Source: Lama glama (Eukaryota). Taken from it: a stretch of DNA of 64,000 bases. The notes beneath the pieces are model-generated. The model was not told the DNA's origin. It saw nothing but the letters and a program-made list of their open reading frames with translations, and searched no databases. Shown one piece after another: positions 38,190 through 51,100 of the stretch. The stretch is from NCBI GenBank assembly GCA_028534125.1, contig CM052844.1:1550001-1614000 (forward strand). Direction: 5' to 3'. The first letter of the stretch is position 1, and each line of letters begins with the position of its first letter. The translations under genes and the position numbers were made by a program.

Positions 38190-38637
38190 TTGCAAACATG
38201 CTTCCATTTGCCACGTCTCCCTTGTCTTTGTCCTTTGCGATGTGACCCTGCAGCTCCTCCCATTAAGAGGTAGAGTCAGTTTCAACACCCATCAAATCTG
38301 GGCCGCCCCTGTGACTCTCTCTGCCCATCGAATACAGCAGGAGCGATGATCTGCTTGCTCTGAGCCTAAGCCTCACAAGGTCTTACACACCTTCATGATC
38401 TCAGGGCCACTGCCTCAAGAAGCGTGTACTGCAGAATGAGAACACAGGAGCAGACCTGGGGCGGCCCTGCTGACCTGCAGCTGACCCAGAGACTTGAGGG
38501 AAGTCAACTCAGAAGATGGCCTTAGCAGAGCGCAGGCTGAATTGCTGACCCATAGAATCATATCTGTATATGAGGCTCTTGCCCTAAGCTACTAAGTTTG
38601 GGGCTACTTTGTTACACAGCAATAGATAACTGATAAA
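38190..38637 (+). mobile_element. Old MaLR (MLT1G/H-like) LTR
   Basis: gctcctcccattaagaggtagagtc...ttgttacacagcaatagataactgata. Confidence 0.8.
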
Positions 38638-39502
38638 CCGTTTCTTTCTCACTTTACCAAGCTCCCCATCCCCAGTAAAGGCTAACTGTTTTGCAAAAGT
38701 CCTGGTCAGAGAATCAGGAGACCTAGTCCTGATTCTGCAACTTTTAGCTGCATGACCTTGAACATGTCCCATTACTTTTCTGAGCATCAGTTTCCTTGTC
38801 TCTGTGTCTGCAGGACATCCTATGTGCCCTGTTTCCCATCCCACACATCTTACATGTCTACAGGATTCTTCTAGCAGAGCATATGTATGAAAGGAACTGA
38901 CAGAACAGCTTGAAGTCTCACACACATGGGTGTGACTGCCTTTAAGAGGTGTGTCCAGTGGATCTGGCCAAGTTACAGATGTCCACCTGACCCAGAAGTC
39001 CCACTTCTTTGTCCTTATGCTATGGAAGCAAACTCGTGAATGCACGAGCATTTATGTTCAAGGGTGTGTGGTGCAGGATTATCTGTACAGCAAAAATCAA
39101 GAAATAGCCTGAATGCCAACAAGGAAAATGGTTGGACAAATGATGGTATATTCACATGATAACATATTGTGCAGCTATTTAAATAATTCTCTGGAAGAAC
39201 TTTTGTAATGTATTTTTTTTAATGAGAGAAGTGGGTTTCAGAGTATAATACAATTTGTAAAAATGAAACAAGACAAGACAAAACAAAAAACGCCTTATAT
39301 GAGTATGTAGTTTTTATATAATCATTTAGCCACCAAGAATGGTTCTGAAAAAAATTTTTTTAATAAAAAAAATTTAAAAATTAAAAGAATGGTTCAGAAG
39401 GACCCAGATCAGGCTGGCTGCAGTTTAAGAGCAAAAATGTTGAAACAACCTCAGTGTTTAGATTTGAGAGTTTAGTTACTTTAATTACGGCACGTTCATA
39501 TA

Positions 39503-39995
39503 AGGGCAGACCCTGGAGATACTGCAGGTTGTCTCTCGACCACTTCAATAAAGAAGATATCTCAATGAAATGAGAGTCACATGAAACTTTTGGTTTCCCA
39601 GTGCATATAAAAATTATGTTTACCCTATACTGTAGTCCATTAAGTGTGCAACAGCATTATTCTAAAAAACCATGTATATGCCTTAATTAAAAAGTACTTG
39701 ATTGCTAAAAAATGCTGACCATCATCTCAGCCTTCCGTGAGTTGTAATCTTCTTGAACAGTAACATCAAATGTCACTCAGTAATTCCAGATCACCACGAC
39801 AAACAGAGCAATAGTGAAAAGGCTGAAACATTGTGAGAATTACCGAAGTGCGACACAGAGACACAGACAGAGCAGACGCTATTGAAAGTGGGTGCAGATG
39901 GATTTGCAAGGCAGAGCGGCCCTGGACCTTCAGTTTGTGAAAAATACAATGTCTGTGAAGCACAAGAAAGCACAGCACCTAAAACAAGGTCTGCG
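39503..39995 (-). mobile_element. Tigger1 internally deleted derivative (TcMar)
   Basis: Both Tigger1 termini present (tttggtttcccagtgcatataaaaattatgttt; cttcagtttgtgaaaaatacaatgtctgtgaagc). Confidence 0.85.
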
Positions 39996-40144
39996 GGGAG
40001 CGCGGGGGCATTCAGCTGTGAGTAGCAGTGGTGTCCGACTCACAAAAATAATTATACAAATATATTTAAAATAGTGACATTAATAAACATAAAACAGTAT
40101 GAAAGGAAGTAAAAATGCATGATCTCATCCATCAGGAAACTCTT

Positions 40145-40244
40145 TGGGGTTGGGGGGTTTAGCTCAGGGGTAGAGCATGTGCTTAGCATGCATGAGGTCC
40201 TGGGTTCAATCCCCAGTACCTCTGTTTTAAAAAAAAAAAAGAAA
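40145..40244 (+). mobile_element. Camelid tRNA-Ala-derived SINE (Vic-1-like)
   Basis: tRNA-Ala(AGC)-like body with A and B boxes, A-tail, TSD gaaactctt (40136-40144 / 40245-40253). Confidence 0.92.
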
Positions 40245-41173
40245 GAAACTCTTGGGGATAGATACACGCCAGAACGCCGCGGAGAATGTTTAATGATCAT
40301 GAGCGTGTGAGCGGCTCACCCTTGTTTTTATACATCTCTGTTTCCTAAGCTTGCTAAATTAACATGTATAAGTGGGGGCAGGGGGTGGGGGGAGATGTTT
40401 AGTAATTCAAAACGGTTGAGTGGAACAGACAAAAAAACCAAAGGCAACTGAATCTTTCATAAACTCAATAACATCTCTGAATAATACAGGGAGATGAGAG
40501 TGTTTTGAATTGGAAATGGCGGCTTGAGAAATTTAGTTTACTGAGTTGGGTGACCGGCCATCTAGAACATCTTGGGTTGTACAAAGTGATGAGAACGAAT
40601 GAGGTGATTAATATTTATAAAGTGCTGTAACATCCTGCAGGAAAAGCTGCTGTGTGAGATGACATGTCTCTCTCAACTCCGTCCTTGCTCGTTCCTCAGA
40701 TGGGCCCACACTACCTCCTCCTGGTCCCCCCCTCGGAAGGCCACCGGCTTCCTTCCCAGTGAGGAGGTGTGCTCTTCGTTTTTCCAAACAAGAAAGCCTT
40801 GATCAGAGAAAGATGTTACATTTCTCTTTCCTGTAAATTTTGTAAATCAAAACAGGTTTTACCTCCTGAGAGTCCATTTGTACTTGGAGAGAAGCTTTTC
40901 AGAAAAATAGCAGCCTTGAATAAACTCTTTCTCAGCCAAGTGTTGAAAGACCCCGGACGCAGTAGGGATGTGTAATTAAGATGGACGATGTAGCACAGAT
41001 CGGGGTGGAAGGTAACAGACCTGGTGTGCAGGTGGGGACTGAAGGGACCCAGGCTCTTCCCACCACGCAGCTTCTGCTCGACACGCCAGCCACCGAGCGA
41101 CTTACACAGCGATTAGATGCCTGGCCAGGAGACTCACCGATGTTCTGGCTACATCAACCGCTGGACGAGTTAT

Positions 41174-41686
41174 TGTGAAAGGAAGCATTTCTGTGAGTGC
41201 CTGACCTCTGGTGAAATGCACCATTGCCTTTCCCTGCCTGGTCTTGGAGTTGGGCCAGGAGATCTCCGCTAAACTTGGAGTCAGAACAGGCCTGCAGGGC
41301 CGTCTCGCACCTGCCTGCATCATCGATCTGGTCCTGCAAACAGGACCAGACTCAGGCCCACATCTCTGGCAGGGAGTTCACCATCCAGCAGGTAGGCAGC
41401 ATCTTCTCTCCCTGGACGACAGCCCAGCCAATCAGAGGCTGCGGCAGCCCGGCCGACGGGAAGCCTCCACACCCGGCACCCCAGGTCCCGCAGTGGACTC
41501 TAGTCACCCCAGCTCTTCCCAACTCTCCCCTTTTCCCTGTAAGAGTAAGTTTCCCCTCCTTGTTCCCTGGGTCTGCCTGTGGTCCCCTGCGGCGCAGACA
41601 CCCTGAATCGCAGTGCCTCTGGCTTTTCCCACAGGAACTCACTTTCGCTGGTGAAGTAAGTGGCTGTTGTACCATTGGAGCTGACA
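41174..41686 (+). mobile_element. Old ERV(L)-like solo LTR
   Basis: TG...CA ends, cagcccagccaatcagag CCAAT box, LTR-like U5 pyrimidine tract; subfamily uncertain. Confidence 0.55.
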
Positions 41687-42689
41687 GGCCGGCTCCTTAG
41701 TCTCTGCAGATTCTCTAAAGGCTGGTGAGTGAATACCATGCCTCCTGCAGTCCAGCTTTGTGCATTACTGTCATTTTTTTTTTGACTCTTAGGGAAAAAA
41801 TCTATTTCTTCTACATGGAAGTCTTAGTGTATTGAAAACATTCCAACCACAAAACTCATCATTTCGGGACAGAAAGCCACTGAATCAGGGTTGGACACTT
41901 GCTTCCTTCCTTACGACTCTGGATGATGGACTAGTAAACAGATCTGTGAGCTTCTCTGTGGGTCCCCGTTGTCACATGTCTTCCTTCCTCAGCAGTCATC
42001 AGTGTGTAGTTTCCTTGGAATAAAAGGCAGGCGTCTACAGTTGCTCTTTTTTCCACTAATGTTGAAACTTGCCCCTCAGTCACGTCACTCTTGCTCATTC
42101 AGGCGCTGGTCCTGGCTCTCGACTTAATATTTTATGCAAATATTTTATCAGTGTGAGCCATAGGGCACCATGCCCACTGCCCTTGGAATGAACTCCTGTC
42201 AGGAGAATAAAGCCACAGAAATCACTCTTTAAAACTGGACTTAATTCTCCAAACTGTTTCTTTTTCTTCAAGATTATCCTTCTTTGTCTTGTTACCTTAA
42301 GTGTAAACATTAGCAGGGGAAAGCTTTGTCAAACACAAAGAAAGCCTGCTGGAAGTTAGACTAGGATTTAACTGAATGTACGCAATCGTTCGGGAAAAGT
42401 AGCACATTAATACTATTGCATCATCCATTGTATGAGTGGCCGCGCTCTCCGTTTTCTTAGTCTTTCACAATTTCTCTCTGTGAAGTTTTGTTTTCAGTAA
42501 GACCAACTGTCGTGCCCTTTTAAAAACTGGATTCATACATATCTGGTGATTATTTTTGATGCTCTGGTTAATTGTATGGTTTAAAATGTATTTCCCTGAT
42601 GTCTGTTGCTGTATAGGAAAATCAATTTTGTATGCTAATCTTTTGTTGAAATGATTTCCTAAATTTACCTATTAAGTTTAAAAACAAAA

Positions 42690-43053
42690 AAAAAAAAAGA
42701 AAGAAAAATACCATATGAGATCGCTCATATGTGGAATCTAAAACAAACAAACTAACAAAACATACATACAAAACAGAAACAGACTCATAGACATAGAATA
42801 CAAACTTGTGGTTGCCAAGGGGGTAGGGGGTGGGAAGGGATAGATGAGATTTTAAAATGCAGAATAGATAAACAAGATTATACTGCACAGCACAGGGAAA
42901 TATACACAAGACCTTGTGGTGGCTCACAGAGAGAAAAATGTGACAATGCATATATATATGTTCATGTATAACTGAAAAATTTTGCTCTACACTGGAATTT
43001 GACACAACATTGTAAAATGATTATAAATCAATATAAAACGTTAAAAAAAAAAA
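42690..43053 (+). mobile_element. Young 5'-truncated L1 3' end
   Basis: Same subfamily as 33915-34340; A-tail. Confidence 0.9.
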
Positions 43054-43139
43054 CCAGAAACTGGACTTAAGAGCGGTTGTCGTTTGGGGGATGGATTGTG
43101 GCCAGGATTGGAATTTTTTTCCTCAGAAATTAAGTTCCA

Positions 43140-43380
43140 AAGACAATGGAGGCAACCGCAGGTCCGAGAAGCGTCGCCCGCCTTCGACGTCACGTCGGCG
43201 CGCACGGCCCGCCGACCGGGAGCGGCCCGGTGTCCTGCTCCGCGACACCTGGGCCAGCGGCGAAGCCGGCCCCGGGCTTCGTCGGGAAGGGCGTTTGTTG
43301 TCAGAAGGCGCGGCGCGCCTGCCAGCAGGCAGGTGTGCGAGCGGCAGGTCTGCAAGCGGCTAGCGTGACAGCCGGTATAG
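43140..43380. promoter_or_regulatory. Small CpG island
   Basis: Dense CpG; CRE-containing CGACGTCACGTCG at 43185-43197. Confidence 0.6.
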
Positions 43381-46300
43381 AACAGTTAGCGAACTTAAAC
43401 CAACCCTCACGAAACACACTGTGTGTTTTGATATTAGCAGTGTGAGCGAGTAAAAGGACACTTTTTAAGAAGTCAAACTCTTGGCGCAAATGAGAAAATT
43501 ACTGTCGACATCACTTACTGGACTCTCTGTGCCCAGCGGCTCTGACGGCTGATTGAACGCAGCTGCCTGTGGGGCTGTGGTTGACCCTCCTATGAGTCGG
43601 ACACTCGAAGCCCAGGGTCAGGGGAGAAGCAGATGACACGAAGTCTATTTCGAGGGTAAACTGCTGGAGGGAATTTGCTGACCAAATGCTTCAGTTTGAA
43701 GAACAGAATCCCATCATTCTGGACTCCGAAGCTGGACTGGCAGGACACAGTGCTCTTGGACTATATGGTTTGTCCAAGGCATCCTGGGCCCTTCCTCCAG
43801 GAACTGTCTCTGGAGGCGCCTCATGTGCTGCTGTGTCTTGTAGACGGTGGTGAAGGAAGAACAGAACGTGCCCAGCTCCGGGAGTCTGGTGACTCATGGA
43901 GGGGCAGACGTCCGCCACTGCAGAGAGCCCTGCAGAGCATCCTTGTTGGAGCTTGTGTTGGGCACCATGATGGAAAAGTGAAGGATGGCTTGAGTCCCAC
44001 GGCAGGAGAAACACCCCTTTGTCAGAGACGTGTGAGCTGAGACTTGCCATGCGTGCTGCCCGCACAGATGCACTCTGTCTGCCCACCCTCTCTGGCTGGA
44101 GGTGGCACGTGGCCTGTTTGATGGCTGTCATCAAGGAGTTCCCCGTGCAGTGAGAACTGCAGGCCAGAACACCGACCCAGGTGTGATTCGAGCGTGGGCA
44201 GCCAGTGATTAAAGTTACAAGTGGGAGACAAGATGCACAGTTTGTGGTTTTCATGCGTCACCAGGCCTCTTGGACAGTACCGATGGCACTGAGAACACCC
44301 TCGTCCAGACTGCATTTGGCTTGCTCTGCACAGGAATTCATTTACCATCAGAAACACCCACTTCAGGCCAATTGACAGGGAGGAGCCCCATGGGGCGAGC
44401 CCTTGCAGAACGGCCGCCGTCTGTCCATGTGCTTCCAAAGGATCTGGCACGGGTCTTTAACAGAAACAGAGCTCGGAGCACCCTCCCTCCATCTTTAATT
44501 TCCTCCAACCTGTGTTTCCACAAGCGTCTCATTAGCAGGTGTGTTCCAGGTAGTGGCAGCAGGTGGCACTTCAGGTGAGTGAGCAGTTTATTCCCACATT
44601 TGAATCTGGCGCTGGGACTCTGAGCATCTGAGCATCTGAAGCCCAGGCTGACCCTAGCTTCTATCAGCTTCCACAAGCCTCGCATCAGCATGCCAGTGGG
44701 GTGGCTCCAGCCTCCACCCTGAAAACTCCTGCTGGTCTGCCAGTGTTTGAAAAAGATTGGGGAGTAATTTTAACACATCCTTTCAAAATCGTCCACTATA
44801 AACGTGGATTTTTTTCCCCACTACATATGAATCAGCACTTCTGTGGCATTATAGGATCAAGTATGGCCCACAAGAAACACAGAGGTTAGACCCTGAGGCT
44901 TAGCTTTTTAACTGAACATGTTCAGTTAAAAATCCCCACTGTCTTTGGCTGCTTCTTCACGGACGCCCACATTTAACTGAGATTTCTTGCACTCGGGTAC
45001 TTCGCGAGAAGCCCCTCCAGTGGCAACACGCGTATCAGGGAAATAACTAAGTCATTCCTGGACGACACATTCCTTTTTCGCATTGGCTCCTGTGCAGTGT
45101 GTTCTTGGTGAGAGGCGTTTGGAATCCAGTTCATCTCGTTAGTGTAACACAGCTGTGTTCATCTCCTCGTCTAGGTCTTAGTGAGCAAAAATGCAGGCGG
45201 TGTGCACCTGGCAGCCTCAGAGTAGGCGCGGGAAGCCCCCGCAGGAGGGAGGGGACTGGGAGTGGGGCTTCCTGGAGAGGGAGGGGAAAGGCCTTTTCCA
45301 GCCTGTCCCACGGTGGGGAGAACTGTGGGCGGGGGGCGGGGGCACCGGGAGCTGGGGACTACTTGTCACGTGCGCATGCACGCAGACAGGGACACTCACC
45401 CAGGGAAGGGACCTCAGGTTCGAGGCCCCAGCCAGTCCTCAGCACCAGGGTGGACGCAGCAGCCTGGGGTCCGGCAGTGTGGGCTCACACCGGCTCGGAG
45501 GCAGCACAGGAAGAAAGGGCACAGACGAGGATGGAATCTCAGAGTTAGACAGATGCTCCGCAGGACTTGCCGACCCTGCCCGCTTTCCTAGAGCCTGCAA
45601 CTCTCCAGGCTTTCTTGCTGTTGCCACTCCTCCCAGACACTGCCCCAGCCCGCCACCCTCTCCCTGATTTTGCCCTCCTGCGGGTGCCTGCCATGTCTCC
45701 GCGTCTGGGTGAGATGTGCCGCTCACCCTCCTCCACGCTCTCCCATCCACATCCGACCCCACTCCCCAGTGGAGGTGGTCCCAGGAGAGGACACAGGATC
45801 CTGCATGGTGTGGGGTGGGGTGGGGTGGGCCGGAGTGCCTGTTTCTCCAGTGCTGGCCCTGCACCGCCAGCTGGGAGCCGGAGAGTGGAGGTGGACAGGC
45901 TGGAGGGTCACGTTCAGGTCTGGGGCGAGGGTGTAGTGGAGCAGGACCCTGTGTGGCCTTCCCAGGACAGACCCTCCCCATGGCCTCTGCTGCAGCTCCT
46001 CTCTGAAGCACCCAGGTCATAGCATCTCATGTGCGTTTCCTGAGTTTCTCAGGTGCTGAAGCCGCCACCAAACAGGAGAAATCAACTCCCGGCTGGGTCT
46101 CCCTGGCTCCCCCAGCACCCCCCCCCGCCACCGGCCAACCCCAGTTGAGGGCAGCGCCTCCGCTCAGCACACTCTTCCCGGGGCGGGCAGTTCTCCGAGA
46201 ACCCTGTTCAGGAAGTTTGCTCTGGCGTCTGTGTAACGATCAGAAAGTCGGGAGCAAACAGCCCCCGGTGCTGGGTCCCTGAGACAAGGGTGCGCTCTGC

Positions 46301-47726
46301 CCTTGGAAATGACAGGCCTCGCTCTGGGGGCCCCGCGTCTCCCCACTGAGCTGCTCTTGTGGTGCCGTCCGTGCTGATTGCTGTGTGTGTGCGCGTGTGT
46401 GCGCACGTGTGTAACACCCACCATATTTTCTGATAATAGCTCTGAGCAGACACGGCATCAGTGGCCGTAAAACAGGATCTCTTGTGGGGAGCCCGGGAGA
46501 GCCACACACATAACCCCCGGTCCGTCACCACAGTCAGTGAGAACTAATTAAAAATGACTCATTAAACCAGACGTTTCTTTCTCCGGGACTCGGGGCGGGT
46601 CCTCGGTCCCCTCCGCGCTTTGCCCTGCCCGCTCACCTGTACAGCCCCCCAGCGCTGACGTCCCTTGCTGCCTGTAAGCCCGAGGTGTTTAGAAAGACGA
46701 TGGATTGTACAACTTCACTTCAAGGACTTATTCTCAGAAAAATGACTCATATTCATAAAGGTCTATTCAAATGCGAAACGCACCATTCCTCCCTGCTGGG
46801 GCTCCGTTCCCTGCACTCACTGCTTCATATTGGGGGGTGAGGAGGGCAAGGGGTCAGTGAGAGAACCAAGCGTCTGGTGTCGCGGCGCCCCCACGTGCAC
46901 GGGGGCCCGCCCAGAAAGCTGGATTCTAATGGACTTGTCCTACATCAAGCGCTCAAAAGTGTCTTCCCCTGGACTTCTTGGTGTTTCCAGTTCTTTTTCA
47001 GGACAATGCCATTACAGCACGACTCCTGAAGTCTAAGCTCATGTGCAACCTGGACGCCACCTGCAGCCCCTGAAACGTGCACCCTGGTGACACAAGGACT
47101 TATCGCAGCCGAGATCTGTTGACGTCAATTCCTTTTATAAGTCTTATTTGTTGGCAAAAGGAGAGACACGCTGTGGGTTATTGTTTTGCAAGAGAGGGAT
47201 CTGGGTCAGACTGACCCACAAACTGATAGGGGGCCTGGAAGTACCTGCCTTCTGAGGAGGAAGAAATAAAACACGGTTACTGAGGGCTTGCATGGCTCCT
47301 GGGCGGCCATTCCGCAGGCCCTGGGAGATGTCATCCGCTTTTTGAACGACCATCTTCAAGGCATTCCTGCTTTTGTCTCCTGACGCACCCAGAGGGGCAA
47401 CTTGCAAATCCTGGGGGAAGACTGTGCCAAAGCAGAAAGTTGGAAATGCTTTGGTCAGCCCCCACACCCTCCCGGGCTTTTCCTAAAAGCGGAGTGTTGC
47501 TCAGTGGCCCTCCACCTCCCCCACCCCAGGGGCAGGAGTGACAGTCGTCCGCCAAGAGGAGGCAGGGATGTCCGCTAACCGGCAGCCCCGCAGTACAAGG
47601 TGCGGCCAGGAAGCCGCGTGGGATTTTGGAAAGTAGTGGTCCGCACAATCGGGGTCATCACGTCCTTTTTAAACCATGTTGGGGATCACTTGGACTCTAA
47701 AAACAATATTTTTGGTTTTTCTGTCT

Positions 47727-48125
47727 GAAGTAAGTCAGACAGAGAAAGACAAATATCATATGATATCACTTATGTGTGGAATCTAAAACAAATAATACAA
47801 ATTCTATTTGCAAACCAAAAACAGACTCACGGACGTAGAAAACAGACTATGATTACCAAAGAGGAAAAGGGCGGGGAGGGATAAATTGGGGGTTGGGGAT
47901 TCACAGACACACATGACTATATATAAAATAGATAAACAACAAGGACCTACTGCAGAGCACAGGGAACTCTATTCAACTTCTTGTAGTAATAACATACAAT
48001 GGAAAAGAATCTGAAAAGAAAAAATACATACGTATGTGTATAACTGAATCACTTTGCTGTACACCTAACACTGCAAACCAACTACACTTCAGTACAAAAT
48101 TGTTTTTAATCTTTCAACATGAAAA
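47727..48125 (+). repeat. L1 3' end
   Basis: gaagtaagtcagacagagaaagacaaatatcatatgatatcactt motif. Confidence 0.9.
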
Positions 48126-51100
48126 GAAAAATTTAACCCTCATTTGCCACGTCCAGCACAAAACAAAAGCCAACAATCCAAAGGACCAGGTTTCAAAAGT
48201 AGAAACTACAAGTCAACGGCTGGGGGTGTCTGGGAGGTGGTGGGGAGGCTGGGTCACGTTCCGGGCGCTCCTGATGGGTCCGACAGTCCGCCCCATGCGG
48301 GCGTTTGTCAGGCCACCAGGAGGGGCGGTGTGCGCAGCGTTACCCAGCTCGTGGGTGGAGAAACCAGGTCTCAGCATGTCGTTGCAGCGGGCGTCAGGGA
48401 GAAGCTGGGAGCGTCCATCCCGCTGCCCGAGCACCAAGCGGGGCTCCTGCGTGTGGGCCCCCGGTCAGTGCCCAAGACCCACAAAGTGATTGTGAATGTT
48501 TTCCCCAGAGGGGCCCGGGGTCTCCACCCTTCTCCACCCTGCCTCTTTGCTTTCTCAACGCCACCTTTTGGAAAATTAGCAAAGCCACACAGAGTTTGAA
48601 ATCTCACTTTCTCCAGTTTTATTTCAAGGACAGGAAACAGTCTAATGTTGAACGACAGAGGTGGCCGTGGTCCAGGACCACGCCTGTTCTAACCCGGGAA
48701 AACGGAGATGGGCTGTGATTCTCCCCGAGTCCTGTGGCAGCCCCTCCCGAGAGCATCGGTACCTGTAAGGGCCCAGGAGGGCACAGTGGTGCGAGGGGGT
48801 GGCGGGGGCCATGGGGGAGCCCAGTGGTGAGAGGGGCTCGAACGCAGGGCCGGACGGGTTTAGACAGGACAACATGATGATACGCATTTCTTTGGAGTGT
48901 TGGGGACAGTCCTGGCAAAACCTGTAACTCGTAGAAAAAAAAAGCCTGCCAGTTCTGCACACTTTCATCATTTACTCGAGTGAAAATTTATTTTTAGAAG
49001 GACAGCATCAGAGGGCACCACTGCGCTGCAGATCACAGTCAGGTCGACACCGAACAAACACTTCCTCTCGCTGGCAGGGATGAGGCAGGAGGCCGAGACT
49101 TGGCCCCTCTGCAGTCAAGGACTAGTACACGGAGGGTTCCTGTCAGTTCATGAGCAGAGCTGCACTCCGTCCCCTCCTTCTCAGACCCCTGCGGAAGGGC
49201 GGCGGAGCGGAGGTGAGTGCGGGGGACCCGCGTGGCCCCGCCGAGCCGTGGGGAACCGGCCTCACTGGGCACGCAGCTCGCTGGCCTCGCGGGTTCTTGG
49301 GAAGAGGGGTGTCAAGCCTCGGGAAGCTCCTGGGTGTGTAGGAGGGAAGCAGAGATCCGCCGCATCCAGAACTCAGCCAAGTGCGGCGATGGTGCCGTTT
49401 CATCGGTCAGTCAATCACTAAGTGTTTACTAGGCACGTGGTTCCGGGGTGGGGGAAAACAGAGAGGGAAGTGAGGAGGCTGTCGGGTGTCACGAGGTCGT
49501 GAAGGACCCTCCTTCCTGTCCTGCTCCGTCAGTCTTGGGTCCCCCTGCATCCCGACTGTCCCCCATCAGGGGAGCTCAGTGCCAGCTGGAGGGGTCTGAG
49601 AGGGGCGGAGTGGTGAAGCCCTCAAGGTCACTATACAACACAGCCCTCAGGCCGGGTGGGTCTGGGGGTTCCCATCCACAGGTTCCTCGGGCTGCCGGCA
49701 GGGAGACCCCTGGCAGGCCCACCACGTCCCCTGGGATACACCAGGGCAGGACTGAGTGGCTGGAGCGGCAGAGCTGGGCTGGGAGAGGCATCCGCACAGG
49801 CCTGCCTCCAGGAGCCCTCGAGAGTCACGGCCACTGCTGTAAAGCCACAAACTGGCCTGGATTACAAGTTACCCGGTGTGACCTCTCTCATCACACATTT
49901 TCAAAGTCAGCGGCATAAACGTGGATCCTGGGACAGGATAACAGAAAAGGAGGGAGGGAGGGAGGCCGGGGGCTGAGGCAGCAGCAGGCGTTGCAGTGGG
50001 ATACTCGAGGCCCCTCAGGGCAGGAGCACCTCAGAGCCGGGCAGGTGGATGCCCGGGCAGTCACCACGTCGGGCCTCCCTTGGGCAGCCGTGGACCGCAG
50101 ATGCGGACGAAGGCTCATCATAGGATCAGAGACTTAGAGCAAGAACGTGGTCCTCTCCTTGGCTGCTCAGGAGAGCCTCCCGCTCTTTGCCTGCTCAGGA
50201 CCCAAGGTCTTCCTAAGTCAGTCCTCACCCAGCAGAGAATGCGCTCACGGCCTCTTCCGGGTCCTCAGGGGCCCTTACTTACTCCTCCCTGCTTCTCAGA
50301 AAGAGCCGGGATGTGACAGAGAAGAGAAATGGCCAAACAGGTCAATGCTGGGATAAAGGGGTTTCCCGGGCCGAGAGGAACGACTATTCAGACACCCTTC
50401 TGCTTACCCGGGTCCCGATAACTCACATCCACAAAACGTGTAACCAGTGAACTCTATCCTGGGCTGTGCTTAATCTCCATTTGGGACTTCAAAGTGAGAA
50501 GGACACTGCTGTCTGCAGGTAGCACTGCTGAGCCACCCTGAGCGGCTGATTGAAACATGCCAGCTCTGTTTACCTCAGACCCGACGCTGTGATGCGGGGC
50601 TTCCCAGCCGCTGACGTAGCTGGTCGGCGGGCAGCCCCGACGTGCCGCCCAGGCCGGGGACCTGTATGAGATGGAAAAATAAAGCATGAGGAGTGAATGT
50701 TTGCATTTCCCTGCAGTCTTGATTTATCACGTGTGTGATCCTAGAGACGTCCATCTGCTTTCTGGAAAGTATACTGAAGTAGAAGAACACTTGCTCGCCG
50801 TCTCAGGACCCACACATCCCCACTGTGAGTATTTCGCCATCTCTCCTCCGGGGTCTTTATGACTGTTTTTTTTTTTTAAGCATAATTGTAATCATACAGT
50901 ATCTATAATTCTGGCAACTTAAAAAAATTTACCATAGCATAAAACTGTCCACATGCATTAAACAATTCTGTAAACACAAAATGTAAACACAATTTTTAAT
51001 GGTTGCATAAAACTGAAATATATGGATGGTCCACACTGGAAGCTTTTTTCCCTCTTAAATGGTGATGCTAATATTACCAGTAGCTGTTCCTGCTGACTGA

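Noticed and set aside
40152-40224. Functional tRNA-Ala gene
   Set aside because: Has an A-tail, TSD and stem mismatches, so it is a tRNA-derived SINE; same for 28117.
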